From positions 3,256-67,255 of the IMG/VR virus record IMGVR_UViG_3300002461_000777: DNA of 64,000 nucleotides. One strand, 5' to 3'. The translations under genes and the position numbers were made by a program. The stretch comes from a virus. Below, one piece after another: positions 38,770 through 48,494 of this stretch; position 1 is the first letter of the stretch, and the number at the start of each line of letters is the position of its first letter. The notes under the pieces were generated by a model. The model ran no database searches and was not told the DNA's origin. It saw only the letters and a program-made list of their open reading frames with translations.

Positions 38770-39099
38770 ATGAAATTCAAAGAATTCCTGACAGAATCAT
38801 CCGGTGAAGGCTCTCAAAAGAGGGCTTATGATTCGAAAGTAAAGATAACTGTCGAGAAGAAAGCCGATGAGCTTTCTATTACAGTGACTGACAATCCACC
38901 ACATCGTCACGCACCAAATGGTCTGACAGCGCCATCATTGAGTAAGGCGGAAGCCAAAAAATTAACTCAAAACGAAGAAGATTTGGCAGAATGGGTGACA
39001 GAACATCTTTTGTCATTCACACCAAGTTTAACAATCAGACAAGAAGATCAAATGTTTGAGGATCTTGTCGATATTGTAGAGAAATTCGCAAGAGAATAA
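38770..39099 (+). CDS. putative capsid-targeted internal protein
   Basis: MKFKEFLTE-S. Confidence 0.7.
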   Translation: MKFKEFLTESSGEGSQKRAYDSKVKITVEKKADELSITVTDNPPHRHAPNGLTAPSLSKAEAKKLTQNEEDLAEWVTEHLLSFTPSLTIRQEDQMFEDLVDIVEKFARE

Positions 39100-39105
39100 C
39101 ACTTT

Positions 39106-39183
39106 GGTGTGTAGGAAAATCTGGTAATCCGCTTGCCTTGTGGTCAGGACATCATTGGAGTTCAAGTCTCCAATTCCCGATCA
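39106..39183 (+). pseudogene. degenerate tRNA (Pro-like)
   Basis: D-arm GTAGGAAAATCTGGTAATCCG and T-arm TGGAG-TTCAAGT-CTCCA intact; acceptor and anticodon stems poorly paired. Confidence 0.5.
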
Positions 39184-39185
39184 GT

Positions 39186-39296
39186 CTTAGTTTGGGTATC
39201 ATAACTGAGATTGAAAAATGCCAAGTGTTGTGTGCGAACTGTCACCGTAGACGAACCGCAATTCAGATGGAATGGTATAAGCATGTTGTTCGATAA
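39186..39296 (+). pseudogene. C-terminal remnant of HNH endonuclease
   Basis: Frame reads ...EIEKCQVLCANCHRRRTAIQMEWYK*, no convincing start. Confidence 0.7.
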
Positions 39297-39355
39297 CACT
39301 CAAGTGAAGGATTTGGAAGGTTGGCAAACCACTGACCACAATTTTTAAAAATGAT

Positions 39356-39571
39356 ATGAACACAAAAACTTGGTGCTTAATACCCGATACTGACGGTCTT
39401 GAAGTTCTGTTAGTTGATAATGTTGAAAAACTAGCTATTTCTTATGACGTTAACACCAGAAAGTTTATGATTTTGGATCTTAGCAATAAACCCGAACTCC
39501 GTATTTGGGACAGTGCAAGATTTGACGACAAAGAAGAAGCTAAGTTCTACATCAAATGTGTGTTCGATTAA
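39356..39571 (+). CDS. hypothetical protein
   Basis: 71-aa ORF. Confidence 0.55.
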   Translation: MNTKTWCLIPDTDGLEVLLVDNVEKLAISYDVNTRKFMILDLSNKPELRIWDSARFDDKEEAKFYIKCVFD

Positions 39572-39631
39572 ATACTACTATAAAAGGAGGTATAACCATG
39601 AAATTGCATTAGGATAAGGAGAATATCTAGT

Positions 39632-40330
39632 ATGCGGCCTGATATGGGTAAAGTAGTAATCGAGAGACCACGTAGAGGATCATCGGGTAAAAGCCTGAAA
39701 ACACGGAATGTCGTGAAGATCCGACACGATGGAGAAGAATATTATCATGAGGGACCACTTCATATTGGAAGCGGTTCGATTAGACATGCTTACAATCGGA
39801 AATTAAGAGAAAAAAACCAAACTGATGTTTTGGGTCCTATTCGTGGATACTTGAGATCACGAGTTGGCAAACCTTGGAATGACACTTGGTCCGAAATCTG
39901 TGCTCAACTGTCTGGGAGATCTCATCCGATCGAGCATGTTCTTGGGCATATCAAAAGTGACGTCAATGTTCATAATGTCCAAGAAGAGAAATGGAAAGAT
40001 TTCGTAGTTGTTGATGGTATTTTGATCGAGAAAAAATTCCCGAGTCGAAAAGGTAAATACAAACCTCTTAAACCGATCGATGACAAAGGATATTATACGA
40101 GAATCAATAATTGCTGGTTTGTTATCGTTTTCTTGGAGTATAAAATCGCTTGGGAGACGAGTTGGACATTCAGAATGGCTATACCAAAGCTCCGTAAGAA
40201 TGAAATAACTTACAAAAGAGTTAGATATTATTTCAAGAAGCTTCGTTCATTATCCAAAAAAGAAATTCGTGATTTGGATCAATCCAGAGTCATTGATATC
40301 AGAGAGTATCAGAAAGACCGATATCAATAA
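39632..40330 (+). CDS. conserved basic hypothetical protein
   Basis: MRPDM.KVVIERPR, L.P...YLRS.VGKPW...WSEI; AAGGAG RBS. Confidence 0.7.
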   Translation: MRPDMGKVVIERPRRGSSGKSLKTRNVVKIRHDGEEYYHEGPLHIGSGSIRHAYNRKLREKNQTDVLGPIRGYLRSRVGKPWNDTWSEICAQLSGRSHPIEHVLGHIKSDVNVHNVQEEKWKDFVVVDGILIEKKFPSRKGKYKPLKPIDDKGYYTRINNCWFVIVFLEYKIAWETSWTFRMAIPKLRKNEITYKRVRYYFKKLRSLSKKEIRDLDQSRVIDIREYQKDRYQ

Positions 40331-40331
40331 A

Positions 40332-40889
40332 TCAGACTTTTTCAATGAAGACTTCGTAGAAATCTTTGGATGGAATAGCTTGAGTTTTTCTTTTTCGAAT
40401 TAAATCAGCACCCAAAGTAGCATGGAGGAGTCTCCTGTATGTTTGATTGGATACAAGATTCCATCCACCATTCTCTTTGATGATTTCACTTGGTTTGGGA
40501 TCGAAATGACACCAAATATCGCCCTCATAACGGAATTTACGGTAGTTTGAATGACGAATTGCGACCCATTTGTCTTTAATCACCGTAGTCCTACGTGATT
40601 CATCCTTACCATATTCATCCCATTCTGGATGATCTTGATCAAGTCTTTTGCCATCTGAACCTTTGATTATCTCCATCCTTCTTGGGTCAAAATTAGCTCC
40701 GAGGAGATATGGTTCTGTGGCTTTAATGGGAAATGCATAAATTCCACGACGGGCTGGTGGATGGTGGGCAGTGGGCATAGACGAGTCATAACCCCTTTGA
40801 TTAACGGAACTCAGACCACCCCATCTTACAAAAGTGCTGTAAAGGACTTTGTTATCAATAGATTCTGCTAAAAACTCTCGAAGGGTCAT
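40332..40889 (-). CDS. putative capsid-targeted internal protein
   Basis: MTLREFLAE-S; H.PPARRGIYAFP domain. Confidence 0.65.
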   Translation of the reverse strand: MTLREFLAESIDNKVLYSTFVRWGGLSSVNQRGYDSSMPTAHHPPARRGIYAFPIKATEPYLLGANFDPRRMEIIKGSDGKRLDQDHPEWDEYGKDESRRTTVIKDKWVAIRHSNYRKFRYEGDIWCHFDPKPSEIIKENGGWNLVSNQTYRRLLHATLGADLIRKRKTQAIPSKDFYEVFIEKV

Positions 40890-41230
40890 TTATCTTTATG
40901 TTTTTCGTAGAACTCATCCGTCACTGGTTTATTCAATTTGCTCGTTAACCAACTGTCTTTGACAGGGTCAGCGAAATAGAAAGTGACGTACTCATCAACT
41001 TGTTCAGCGAAATCATCGGGATCACCTGTAGGCAGGACTTCTTTCGTATTTCGCATCACCACAATAGGAGGAGTATTGCGTTTACGTAATTTGTCTTCTA
41101 TCTTTTTGATTTCTATAGCACATAGGCGTGCGAATTCAAGGGGATTCGAAGCTTCAATTTGCTTGAAATTGATGACTTCATACTTGTCTTCTTCGTTATA
41201 AAATCCAAAAGTTACGAGAGCTTTGTACAT
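40886..41230 (-). CDS. hypothetical protein
   Basis: Coupled to neighbours. Confidence 0.6.
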   Translation of the reverse strand: MYKALVTFGFYNEEDKYEVINFKQIEASNPLEFARLCAIEIKKIEDKLRKRNTPPIVVMRNTKEVLPTGDPDDFAEQVDEYVTFYFADPVKDSWLTSKLNKPVTDEFYEKHKDK

Positions 41231-41499
41231 TAATAAAGTCCTGTGATTTGAGTAGCAGTAGTGCCTGATGCATGAATTTTCCTTAAACGGAAAGGGTATG
41301 CTATCGAAGCATCTATTTTAATTGTAACAAACTGGCCCACCGGGTCGTCGACAAATTCACACCTCAAGTCACCGGGATTATTAACCATAACTGCTCTGGT
41401 GACAGTGGGCAAATCAGCCACATCCGATGTGGTGACAGCATAGGCGTTAGCAATCGGACTTTCTAGGATAGTTTTAAATCTTACAAATTTGTCGGGCAT
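41230..41499 (-). CDS. head-spike base protein-like (RcGTA Rcc01079 family)
   Basis: SP...A.AVT.SD..DLP.VTRA......GDL...F.D...V........PFR..KI.A.GTTAT.I.GL. Confidence 0.65.
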   Translation of the reverse strand: MPDKFVRFKTILESPIANAYAVTTSDVADLPTVTRAVMVNNPGDLRCEFVDDPVGQFVTIKIDASIAYPFRLRKIHASGTTATQITGLY

Positions 41500-41500
41500 T

Positions 41501-42835
41501 TTAGATATTTATTCCTATATTGATGTTGGGTCCGATGTTCATATTTGCGTGGATATTGATGGTACCACCAAACCCACCATTACCGGGGAGACTGGTGGTG
41601 AGGGTGGAGCTTCCATTCACATTCATAGTTGGAGATACTATTATTCTGCTTGCCGTTAGGTCTACACGACTGACAGATATGAAATTGACTGTTATGTTAT
41701 CTATTATAATACCAAAGATATCAACATTTGATACACCAGAAGTATTCAAGACTCTACTAAAGAACGTATCACTGACGACCACTATATTTGATACACCAGA
41801 AGTATTCAACACTGAATTGAAATATATTGCATTAGCGAGCGCAGCATTTGATACACCAGAAGCAGATAATGTTCTATTATAAAACACCTGAGGCGTCAAA
41901 ATTGTAGTTGAGGTACCAGATACGCTACCGGAAATGGGATCTATCTTAGTAGATATCATGCTGTTGTCGGATGTTCCGTTTGCAGCCAAACTTCGTGACC
42001 AGACGAAGTAATAACCCAAAGATCCGGAAGATACTGCATTTGATACCATCGAGACAGCATATAATATGCTAGCACTCAGATCCGCAGAGGAAGTGCCTAA
42101 TGTTCCAAATGTACCACTATTGATGATAGAAGTGGTCATCTGACCATTGGAAGCACCATTGGAAGCAAAATTTCCTGACCAGACAATATAATAACCCAGA
42201 GAAGCCGAAGATACTGCATTTGATACCATCGAGACAGCATAGAAATCGGTGGTTGTGATCGATAGACTAGAAGTACCCGAAGCATTGTATAGAGCACCAG
42301 AGATCAATACTGGGTCCATTGAGGTAAATGAAACACCGTTTGTCGTAAAGCTTCTTGACCAAATAATTGACTGATCTAGAGAGGCTGAAGAGACACTTGA
42401 TATCGAAGCACCTATTGATAAGGCATAAGTTGCTGATAAGCTGGATACACCATTTGAGGCAAAGGCTCTTGACCAAATAATTGATTGAGCTAGTGTAGCT
42501 GAAGAGACACTTGATATGATCGGTGTTGAATTGTAAATCAAACCGGATACTAACGAACCTGTAGAGACAGCTACCACAAAGACTTGGCGATTGAAGATTG
42601 GTGTAGAATCGAGAGAAGCGAAAGAGACCGAACTAGAAATCAAATCTGGTGATGGAATAAGCCAAATGAACTCACCAGTCAAAGAAGATACACTCGACAC
42701 ATCAAGGGATAGTGGCGAGATCAATGATCGACCGACTCTTACTGAAGATACACCAAAAACATTGAGACCACTAAAGTCTCCTTGTGGTCCCAGATTGAAA
42801 TATCTATTGAAGTATTGTGGGTCGAAATATGGCAC
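41501..42835 (-). CDS. Ser-rich repetitive virion fibre/decoration protein
   Basis: Repeats of about 20 aa of ..SNGVSS.S type; duplicated DNA blocks such as GATACTGCATTTGATACCATCGAGACAGCATA. Confidence 0.65.
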   Translation of the reverse strand: MPYFDPQYFNRYFNLGPQGDFSGLNVFGVSSVRVGRSLISPLSLDVSSVSSLTGEFIWLIPSPDLISSSVSFASLDSTPIFNRQVFVVAVSTGSLVSGLIYNSTPIISSVSSATLAQSIIWSRAFASNGVSSLSATYALSIGASISSVSSASLDQSIIWSRSFTTNGVSFTSMDPVLISGALYNASGTSSLSITTTDFYAVSMVSNAVSSASLGYYIVWSGNFASNGASNGQMTTSIINSGTFGTLGTSSADLSASILYAVSMVSNAVSSGSLGYYFVWSRSLAANGTSDNSMISTKIDPISGSVSGTSTTILTPQVFYNRTLSASGVSNAALANAIYFNSVLNTSGVSNIVVVSDTFFSRVLNTSGVSNVDIFGIIIDNITVNFISVSRVDLTASRIIVSPTMNVNGSSTLTTSLPGNGGFGGTINIHANMNIGPNINIGINI

Positions 42836-42840
42836 AATTA

Positions 42841-43482
42841 TTAATCGCTTAGGTCATATGTTATTGCAGTTCTATTACCATCACCATCCACTGTAGCTAC
42901 GATTCTGTCTTTACTATCGGCCACAGCACTCTTGAAAGTGATAGTGGTACCAGCAGCACCAGAGACTTTACCTGCTAAAGAAGCGGTTATCAATCTCAAA
43001 GCATCGCGGACTGTAAGACCAGTCTCAATTAATTGGGCGTCGAGCAAATTTCCAGCAATATCATCAGCACTCGGGTTAAAACCAATTCTTATGACCGAGT
43101 TTAAATTGGCGTCGCCTCTCATGTTACCCAACACGGTTGCAGAGCCGATTAATACAGCTTCACCGTATCTCAAACCAGTCAACTCTGCAGTAGTGATAGA
43201 TGCCACACCATTGATTGTCGATGCAACATCACCCAATCCTTGTGCAGATGCCGATGTGATTTGAGATGTAGCTCGAATCAAGGCAGTGATATCATAGCCC
43301 TTAACAGAAGGTGCATAAGCATATTCACTTCTCCTACCGACAGGAATAGCGGTAGGAGAACCATTAAATCTAGCATTCAATCGACCATTGGTTACCCAAT
43401 TATTAATTTGAGAAGCAAAGAAACTACCACCCATTAACCGGGCAGGAATGCTAGATTGTAATGTGCTGTTGATTTTGAGCAT
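42841..43482 (-). CDS. virion structural protein
   Basis: C-terminal T...ALRLI.A.LAGKVSGA..TTI.F.....K.RI.AT.D.DGNR motif of phage structural genes. Confidence 0.6.
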   Translation of the reverse strand: MLKINSTLQSSIPARLMGGSFFASQINNWVTNGRLNARFNGSPTAIPVGRRSEYAYAPSVKGYDITALIRATSQITSASAQGLGDVASTINGVASITTAELTGLRYGEAVLIGSATVLGNMRGDANLNSVIRIGFNPSADDIAGNLLDAQLIETGLTVRDALRLITASLAGKVSGAAGTTITFKSAVADSKDRIVATVDGDGNRTAITYDLSD

Positions 43483-43486
43483 TATT

Positions 43487-44347
43487 TTAATTCCATGCGT
43501 AATCTACATAGCCAAGGAAAGGGGTGGAGGCGACGGTTGCCGCAGCCGTGTAATACAAGAACCCTAAGCAAGCCCCATCTTGAACCTGTGGTAATGATGG
43601 CAACTGATAAAGTAAATCTCTTTCAGAAGCTACACCAGCAATTGTTAGCGGGATTTGTGCTAAAGGTTTGGCCAGTACTAATGCACAAGTACCAGAGCCA
43701 GTCATAGAAGCTGACAACTGTACAGATTGCACAGATCTTACTCCAGAATCGAGACCTTGTAAGGGCAAGAAAATTGGTGCAGCAGCAGTATTAGCTATCT
43801 GTGGCACAATCGAGGCAGTGACCATTGCAGTTGTAGGCATTGCACGTGAAGCAGTACCAGCTTGATTCGTATACGTGACCGACAGGTTGGAGGCGGTGGC
43901 ACCCAAGGTGGCAGTAGTTTCCAAGAACATCATAACACCATCACCGGAAGTGTATCTAGGTAATGAAACACCATTCGTGAGAGTCTGTAATGTATTGATG
44001 TTAGTCTGGATTGAAGGATAATACATCAAAAGATCTACTAACATCAAATAGGAGGGTACAGCAGTAGCTACTGCCGACAATGCACCGAAATTCAGAATAT
44101 GTCTGGTCGCAGGAGAGACAGCAGCATTAAGGGGCAAAGAACCGACTGTGGAAGAACTCATCTGCACAGCATTCAAAGCAGTGCCTGAATAAGTTCCAGC
44201 AGGGGGATTCCCACCCAATGTGAAAAATGAATAACCACGAGCAGCTGTATAGGCAGCACCACCAGTTATTTTATAAAATGGTTGTTTTATAAAAGTGCCG
44301 TTCGTGGAAACGGCATTAACGATACTATCAATTGATGTAAATGACAT
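43487..44347 (-). CDS. virion structural protein
   Basis: LPRYTSG.GV...LE...LPLQ..D.GVRSVQS motif; in late cassette. Confidence 0.6.
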   Translation of the reverse strand: MSFTSIDSIVNAVSTNGTFIKQPFYKITGGAAYTAARGYSFFTLGGNPPAGTYSGTALNAVQMSSSTVGSLPLNAAVSPATRHILNFGALSAVATAVPSYLMLVDLLMYYPSIQTNINTLQTLTNGVSLPRYTSGDGVMMFLETTATLGATASNLSVTYTNQAGTASRAMPTTAMVTASIVPQIANTAAAPIFLPLQGLDSGVRSVQSVQLSASMTGSGTCALVLAKPLAQIPLTIAGVASERDLLYQLPSLPQVQDGACLGFLYYTAAATVASTPFLGYVDYAWN

Positions 44348-44353
44348 ATTATA

Positions 44354-44764
44354 CTAGTCCTCTTGAATCTGTAAAGCTGAAATTGGGAATGATGGTGTAA
44401 TTAAGTTGGATACACTTAGTGATTGGGCTAATGCACCTTTATATAACAAGACACCTGTACCAGTAGAAGCAGTACCTATACCCACATGCGTTAACACATT
44501 AGTACCACCTGTGCACTGAGGAAAGGTAACAGCTGCTGTGTTAGACGAAGTATTTCCAGCAACAGTCCAACCACCAGAATCTCTGGTGACTGCTACACGT
44601 GCATATCCAGTATAATCAGCTTCATTGGTGGTTTGGGTACCCGCTTCACCGGGATCACCTGTATGCATGCTCACATAGAGGATAGCTGCTGCATCCCATG
44701 CTGGATTAGCGGCATTGAAAATTTTTCTGAGAACGTCGTTCTCTAGGGTATTACCTTTACTCAT
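44354..44764 (-). CDS. tail-fibre-associated structural protein
   Basis: LYV.MHT.DPGEAG...NE..Y.GYARVAV...FP.C.G. Confidence 0.7.
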   Translation of the reverse strand: MSKGNTLENDVLRKIFNAANPAWDAAAILYVSMHTGDPGEAGTQTTNEADYTGYARVAVTRDSGGWTVAGNTSSNTAAVTFPQCTGGTNVLTHVGIGTASTGTGVLLYKGALAQSLSVSNLITPSFPISALQIQED

Positions 44765-45162
44765 TAGTCTTCACCTACATTCAATTGAGCAACAGCAACT
44801 TCTAATGATGCTGTGTTGTTAACGGTAACGGATGTAATAGTGGACCAATATCTCAGAGTACCACCTGTTTCAGCATCATAGATGCCAAATGCGACTGCAG
44901 CTAACCAATTGCTGGTAGCTGGTCCAAATCTGACGACGTTGGTGTTACTAACCTTCCGACCAGCACCCGAATCATCGGCTGGTGCACCGAAAGTGACTGC
45001 TTGACGTGCGTATCCATTCCCAGTAAGTTCTGTTCCTGTAGCACCATCATTGGCAGGTGCTGTTGACAAAAGACCTACATATGGAGTAAAGGCGGTTGCA
45101 TTACTCCCTCTCATCAAGTTAAGTACTTGATCGCTTTGACTAGTTGTTTTTCCTGCTGGCAT
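44764..45162 (-). CDS. tail-fibre-associated structural protein, paralog of neighbour
   Basis: YVGL.ST.P.....GTE..G.GYARQ..TF...GIYDA..GG; TAAATA just upstream. Confidence 0.7.
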   Translation of the reverse strand: MPAGKTTSQSDQVLNLMRGSNATAFTPYVGLLSTAPANDGATGTELTGNGYARQAVTFGAPADDSGAGRKVSNTNVVRFGPATSNWLAAVAFGIYDAETGGTLRYWSTITSVTVNNTASLEVAVAQLNVGED

Positions 45163-45183
45163 TCTGGATATATTTAGTACAGA

Positions 45184-46539
45184 CTAAAGGGAACTTCTTC
45201 TAGTCGACACTTTATCGAAATTGCTCAAAGCATCAGTGACTGATTCGAAATCGAACATTCTGTCGGGGAGGGTAAAGTCACCATCGGGTCTTTTTAAGTG
45301 GATGATAACATCTTTCTTGGTTCGTTCACCGAATTTCTGAATAACCTTATCGACAGCTTTGATGTGTTTGGGAATATCCAGAGCATCAATCATCAGACCA
45401 CCATCGGCAGTTAAGACCCATCTAAAATAGTCATTCTCCATTGCATGATGGGTAGCTTGATAGGGATCTTTGATTCCGGGGAGACTTCTATTTGCTAAGG
45501 AGTCATGATCGTCCTTTCGCGGGTTGCCTGTTAAGAGCTTGTCAGTGAAGGGATTATAGAAACCAAAATCCTTGTAAAAATCCCTCTCAATCAGGAAATC
45601 TTCATCGAGAATATCTTGGACTGATTTATCATCTCGCCACATCTGACAAGACCAATATTTGGCTGTAGTCTTGTCTTTCGCTTTGTCACAACCATGTCTA
45701 GCGCGGAAGGATTTTCTTCGAGCAGGGTCATCACGTTTAATTTCCATATTTGGGTCACCAAAATCCACCTTGACGATATTACCAGTGTCCGGATTCTTGA
45801 CATTTACTCGAAACTTCTTAGTCCCACCACGGAATGGCTTGTTTAACGATACTTCTTCTTCGAGGGTCTGATTCAATGATTTTATCGCTGTCTCCGGATC
45901 TCCTACATTGATCGAAAGAGAATGTCCACGTCTAATATCACCTTTAGTATACAAATCAACGACGATTCTTTTATCAGTACCTTTAATGAATTTAATGATG
46001 TTTTTGATAACAGAGGGGGATTTTACAGCTTCAATTCCGATAGCTTCACCTGTGTAATAAAACCTGATATAAGATTTTACTAGAGCATTAGTAACAGTCT
46101 TCAGACCAAGGCGTAATGCAATATCATCATGCATATCATCGTATCGTTGATCGGCTGAAATGATATTGCCGTTGGGTGAGATGAAGCCAAAGTCTTGATA
46201 GAAATCCATGGCCTCATTTAATGGATCTGTATATACAAGAATAGGATTAAGGCGTCCAGCATTACCACCAGTACCCGCATCTGGTGAATTCACAAATAAA
46301 CTAACTTTGCGCGGCAATTTGGACTGATTGGGCTTCATCAATTTCAAAAGACGAGGACCATTCTCTTTCCAAACTTTCTTAGCTGCATCCTCTCTGGATG
46401 AAGCTTTTATTTTCCATTGTTCAAAATCCTCTTGTCCAATCTTTTTGCTAGAGGAATTTGGGAAATATGATTTGGAAATGAAAACATGGTATAATTTGTT
46501 GCTTGCTTCTTCATTCAAGAATTGTGAGAAATTGGACAT
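45184..46539 (-). CDS. multi-domain capsid-targeted protein (putative polyprotein)
   Basis: MSNFSQFLNE-E; internal LNE, LEE, LDE, LIE junctions; duplicated DFY.DFGF domain; FGDPNMEIKRDDPARRKSFRARH.C domain. Confidence 0.7.
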   Translation of the reverse strand: MSNFSQFLNEEASNKLYHVFISKSYFPNSSSKKIGQEDFEQWKIKASSREDAAKKVWKENGPRLLKLMKPNQSKLPRKVSLFVNSPDAGTGGNAGRLNPILVYTDPLNEAMDFYQDFGFISPNGNIISADQRYDDMHDDIALRLGLKTVTNALVKSYIRFYYTGEAIGIEAVKSPSVIKNIIKFIKGTDKRIVVDLYTKGDIRRGHSLSINVGDPETAIKSLNQTLEEEVSLNKPFRGGTKKFRVNVKNPDTGNIVKVDFGDPNMEIKRDDPARRKSFRARHGCDKAKDKTTAKYWSCQMWRDDKSVQDILDEDFLIERDFYKDFGFYNPFTDKLLTGNPRKDDHDSLANRSLPGIKDPYQATHHAMENDYFRWVLTADGGLMIDALDIPKHIKAVDKVIQKFGERTKKDVIIHLKRPDGDFTLPDRMFDFESVTDALSNFDKVSTRRSSL

Positions 46540-46587
46540 CGGGAATATTTATTGCCAAAGATATATTGGTCATGTTAAAATTTAATT

Positions 46588-48054
46588 ATGGAAAGCAACG
46601 AACCAATCGAGACGGAAATCGAAGAGAAAGCAAGATTCTTTGATCTTCTTATCAGCAAACCTTGGAATGTCAATGTCTACCCGAAGTCAGATGGTACGAA
46701 AGAATATATTGTTGTCAACTGGTTGCGGGGATGTTCGATGAGTAAAGGTAATACTGCCGTCGAAGCAATTAGGCTTGCAATCAAGACCGAAAAAGAAGGG
46801 ATCTAATAATGAACTACTACACAGAACTGACCATTGAAGACCTCAAACAGGGTTATGAAACCGAACCAGTCAAAACCATCCTCATGGCATCCAATTCAGA
46901 CCGTAGTGGTCGTTCGAAGAGGCTGGAGATGCGTGTTGATATCATGAACAATACCACAGAGTACGTAGCTACTAAGTCGCGGGGTGTTGGTGAGACCACG
47001 ACCTTAGCATATCCGAAGCTCGAAGATGCACTCGCCCAATACAACGAATTCTAACAGGAGAGACCAATGAGAAAAACACACATGCAGGAACTAGTCGATG
47101 CCGGATATGAAGTTGCAATGAAGGGTCAACCATGCGAAGCACCAACATCTCGTGAATTGGATCGTTCTGCATGGGAAACTGGGTGGCGAGATGGTCACAA
47201 AATCAAAGGCCGAATCGATCACGCCAAAATATCAGCAGAGGGTCAAAGGATGTGTATCGGAAGTGTTGCAGTCACGGTAACTGATGGTGAAGTCAAAGTG
47301 ACTTCGACTGTTGATGGATTTAAAGTGTGGGTGTGGGGAATTGAAGTATGACTATCAGTACTTTCATCATGAGTATCGAGAACTGGAATCTCTTAGCTCA
47401 CTGGGTCGGGATCATCGGTATTGGGTATCTGATCCTCATACTGTTCTGGAGCTTGTTTAAGCTCATCTTGCAAGCTCTGGTTTACATCGTGGCGGCTATA
47501 GCTGGATTCGCCCTTGTTGGGATTTGTTGGATGATTTTCTATTGCTTTAAATTATATTTTACTTAAAGGACAAAAAATGCCAAAAGAAAGATTGCTCATC
47601 GATGATATCTTGAAATATCACGGAATGTTCATGAAGGGTGTAGACGACACCAAAGATATGTCTCATTGGATTTATCAAGCGATGTTGGTGGGCACTACAA
47701 TTGGCCTCAAAAATTCCAGTCCTAATACCAATATTCTGGGAGAGGCTATCGAAGATATCATCCAAAGTGCTCGGAACAAAAATGAAAATTAAACCCGGCT
47801 TGTACGCTACCAAAAACGGCAATGTCGTCACCATTGTTAAGAAATTGGCAGAGGGGATTGTGGGGCATAGTAGGTCCTGTGTATTCCCAAGGGTGCATTG
47901 GGATGTCGAAGGTAAATTCATCGCCAACGAGCTTTACCCGCATTTTGGTGATGGATTCGACTTATCCCATAAAGTTGACAAACGAACAACTATCGAGGGT
48001 GATGGACGGAATTTTGACTGGGATAATCTCAGAGAAAAGAATGTGAGGTCATAA
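46588..48054 (+). other. run of six small accessory genes
   Basis: ORFs 46588-46806, 46809-47054, 47067-47351, 47348-47566, 47577-47792, about 47782-48054. Confidence 0.65.
47067..47351 (+). CDS. ribosome modulation factor (Rmf)-like domain protein
   Basis: AGY...MKGQPCEAP...LDRSAWETGWRDG matches Rmf GY..G..G...CP......W..GW pattern. Confidence 0.5.
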   Translation: MRKTHMQELVDAGYEVAMKGQPCEAPTSRELDRSAWETGWRDGHKIKGRIDHAKISAEGQRMCIGSVAVTVTDGEVKVTSTVDGFKVWVWGIEV

Positions 48055-48056
48055 AG

Positions 48057-48494
48057 ATGATGTTGAATAATAAGGATTTTGTTCTATATTCGATCACAAA
48101 TCGATACATTAGTACCATCCAAAAAGGCATTCAGACAGCCCACGCAGCGGTTGAATTAGTTAAGAGCCATCCGAGGGACAATCATATTTTTGATTGGGCT
48201 GACAAACACAAGACTATTAGGGTGCTTGAAACAGGATCGAATCAAGATCTCTTGGATTTAAAATATAATTTATCAGAAGCAGATATTAGATATGGTATGT
48301 TCATGGAACCAGAGCTATCGAACACCATTACGGCAATTTGTTTTGTGATTGATTGGTCGTTGTTTGAAGTCATGGATAACTTCGATAACATTTTTACCCC
48401 AGAGCAACAACTTGACTTCATGGCTAGTAATATTGAAGCTGTTTCAATGTTCAGAGTCTTGCGAATGATCAAACCCCTAAGGTCCGCTACTTAG
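48057..48494 (+). CDS. peptidyl-tRNA hydrolase 2 (PTH2)-like protein
   Basis: QKGIQ.AHA..E, W....KTI.VL, F.EPEL.N..TAI. Confidence 0.65.
   Translation: MMLNNKDFVLYSITNRYISTIQKGIQTAHAAVELVKSHPRDNHIFDWADKHKTIRVLETGSNQDLLDLKYNLSEADIRYGMFMEPELSNTITAICFVIDWSLFEVMDNFDNIFTPEQQLDFMASNIEAVSMFRVLRMIKPLRSAT

Noticed and set aside
39106-39183. Functional tRNA
   Set aside because: Acceptor stem does not pair, anticodon stem has a mismatch and there is no CCA; kept only as a pseudogene
41501-42835. Diversity-generating retroelement template/variable repeats
   Set aside because: Repeats are short, in-frame structural duplications without adenine-specific mismatches; no reverse transcriptase in the window
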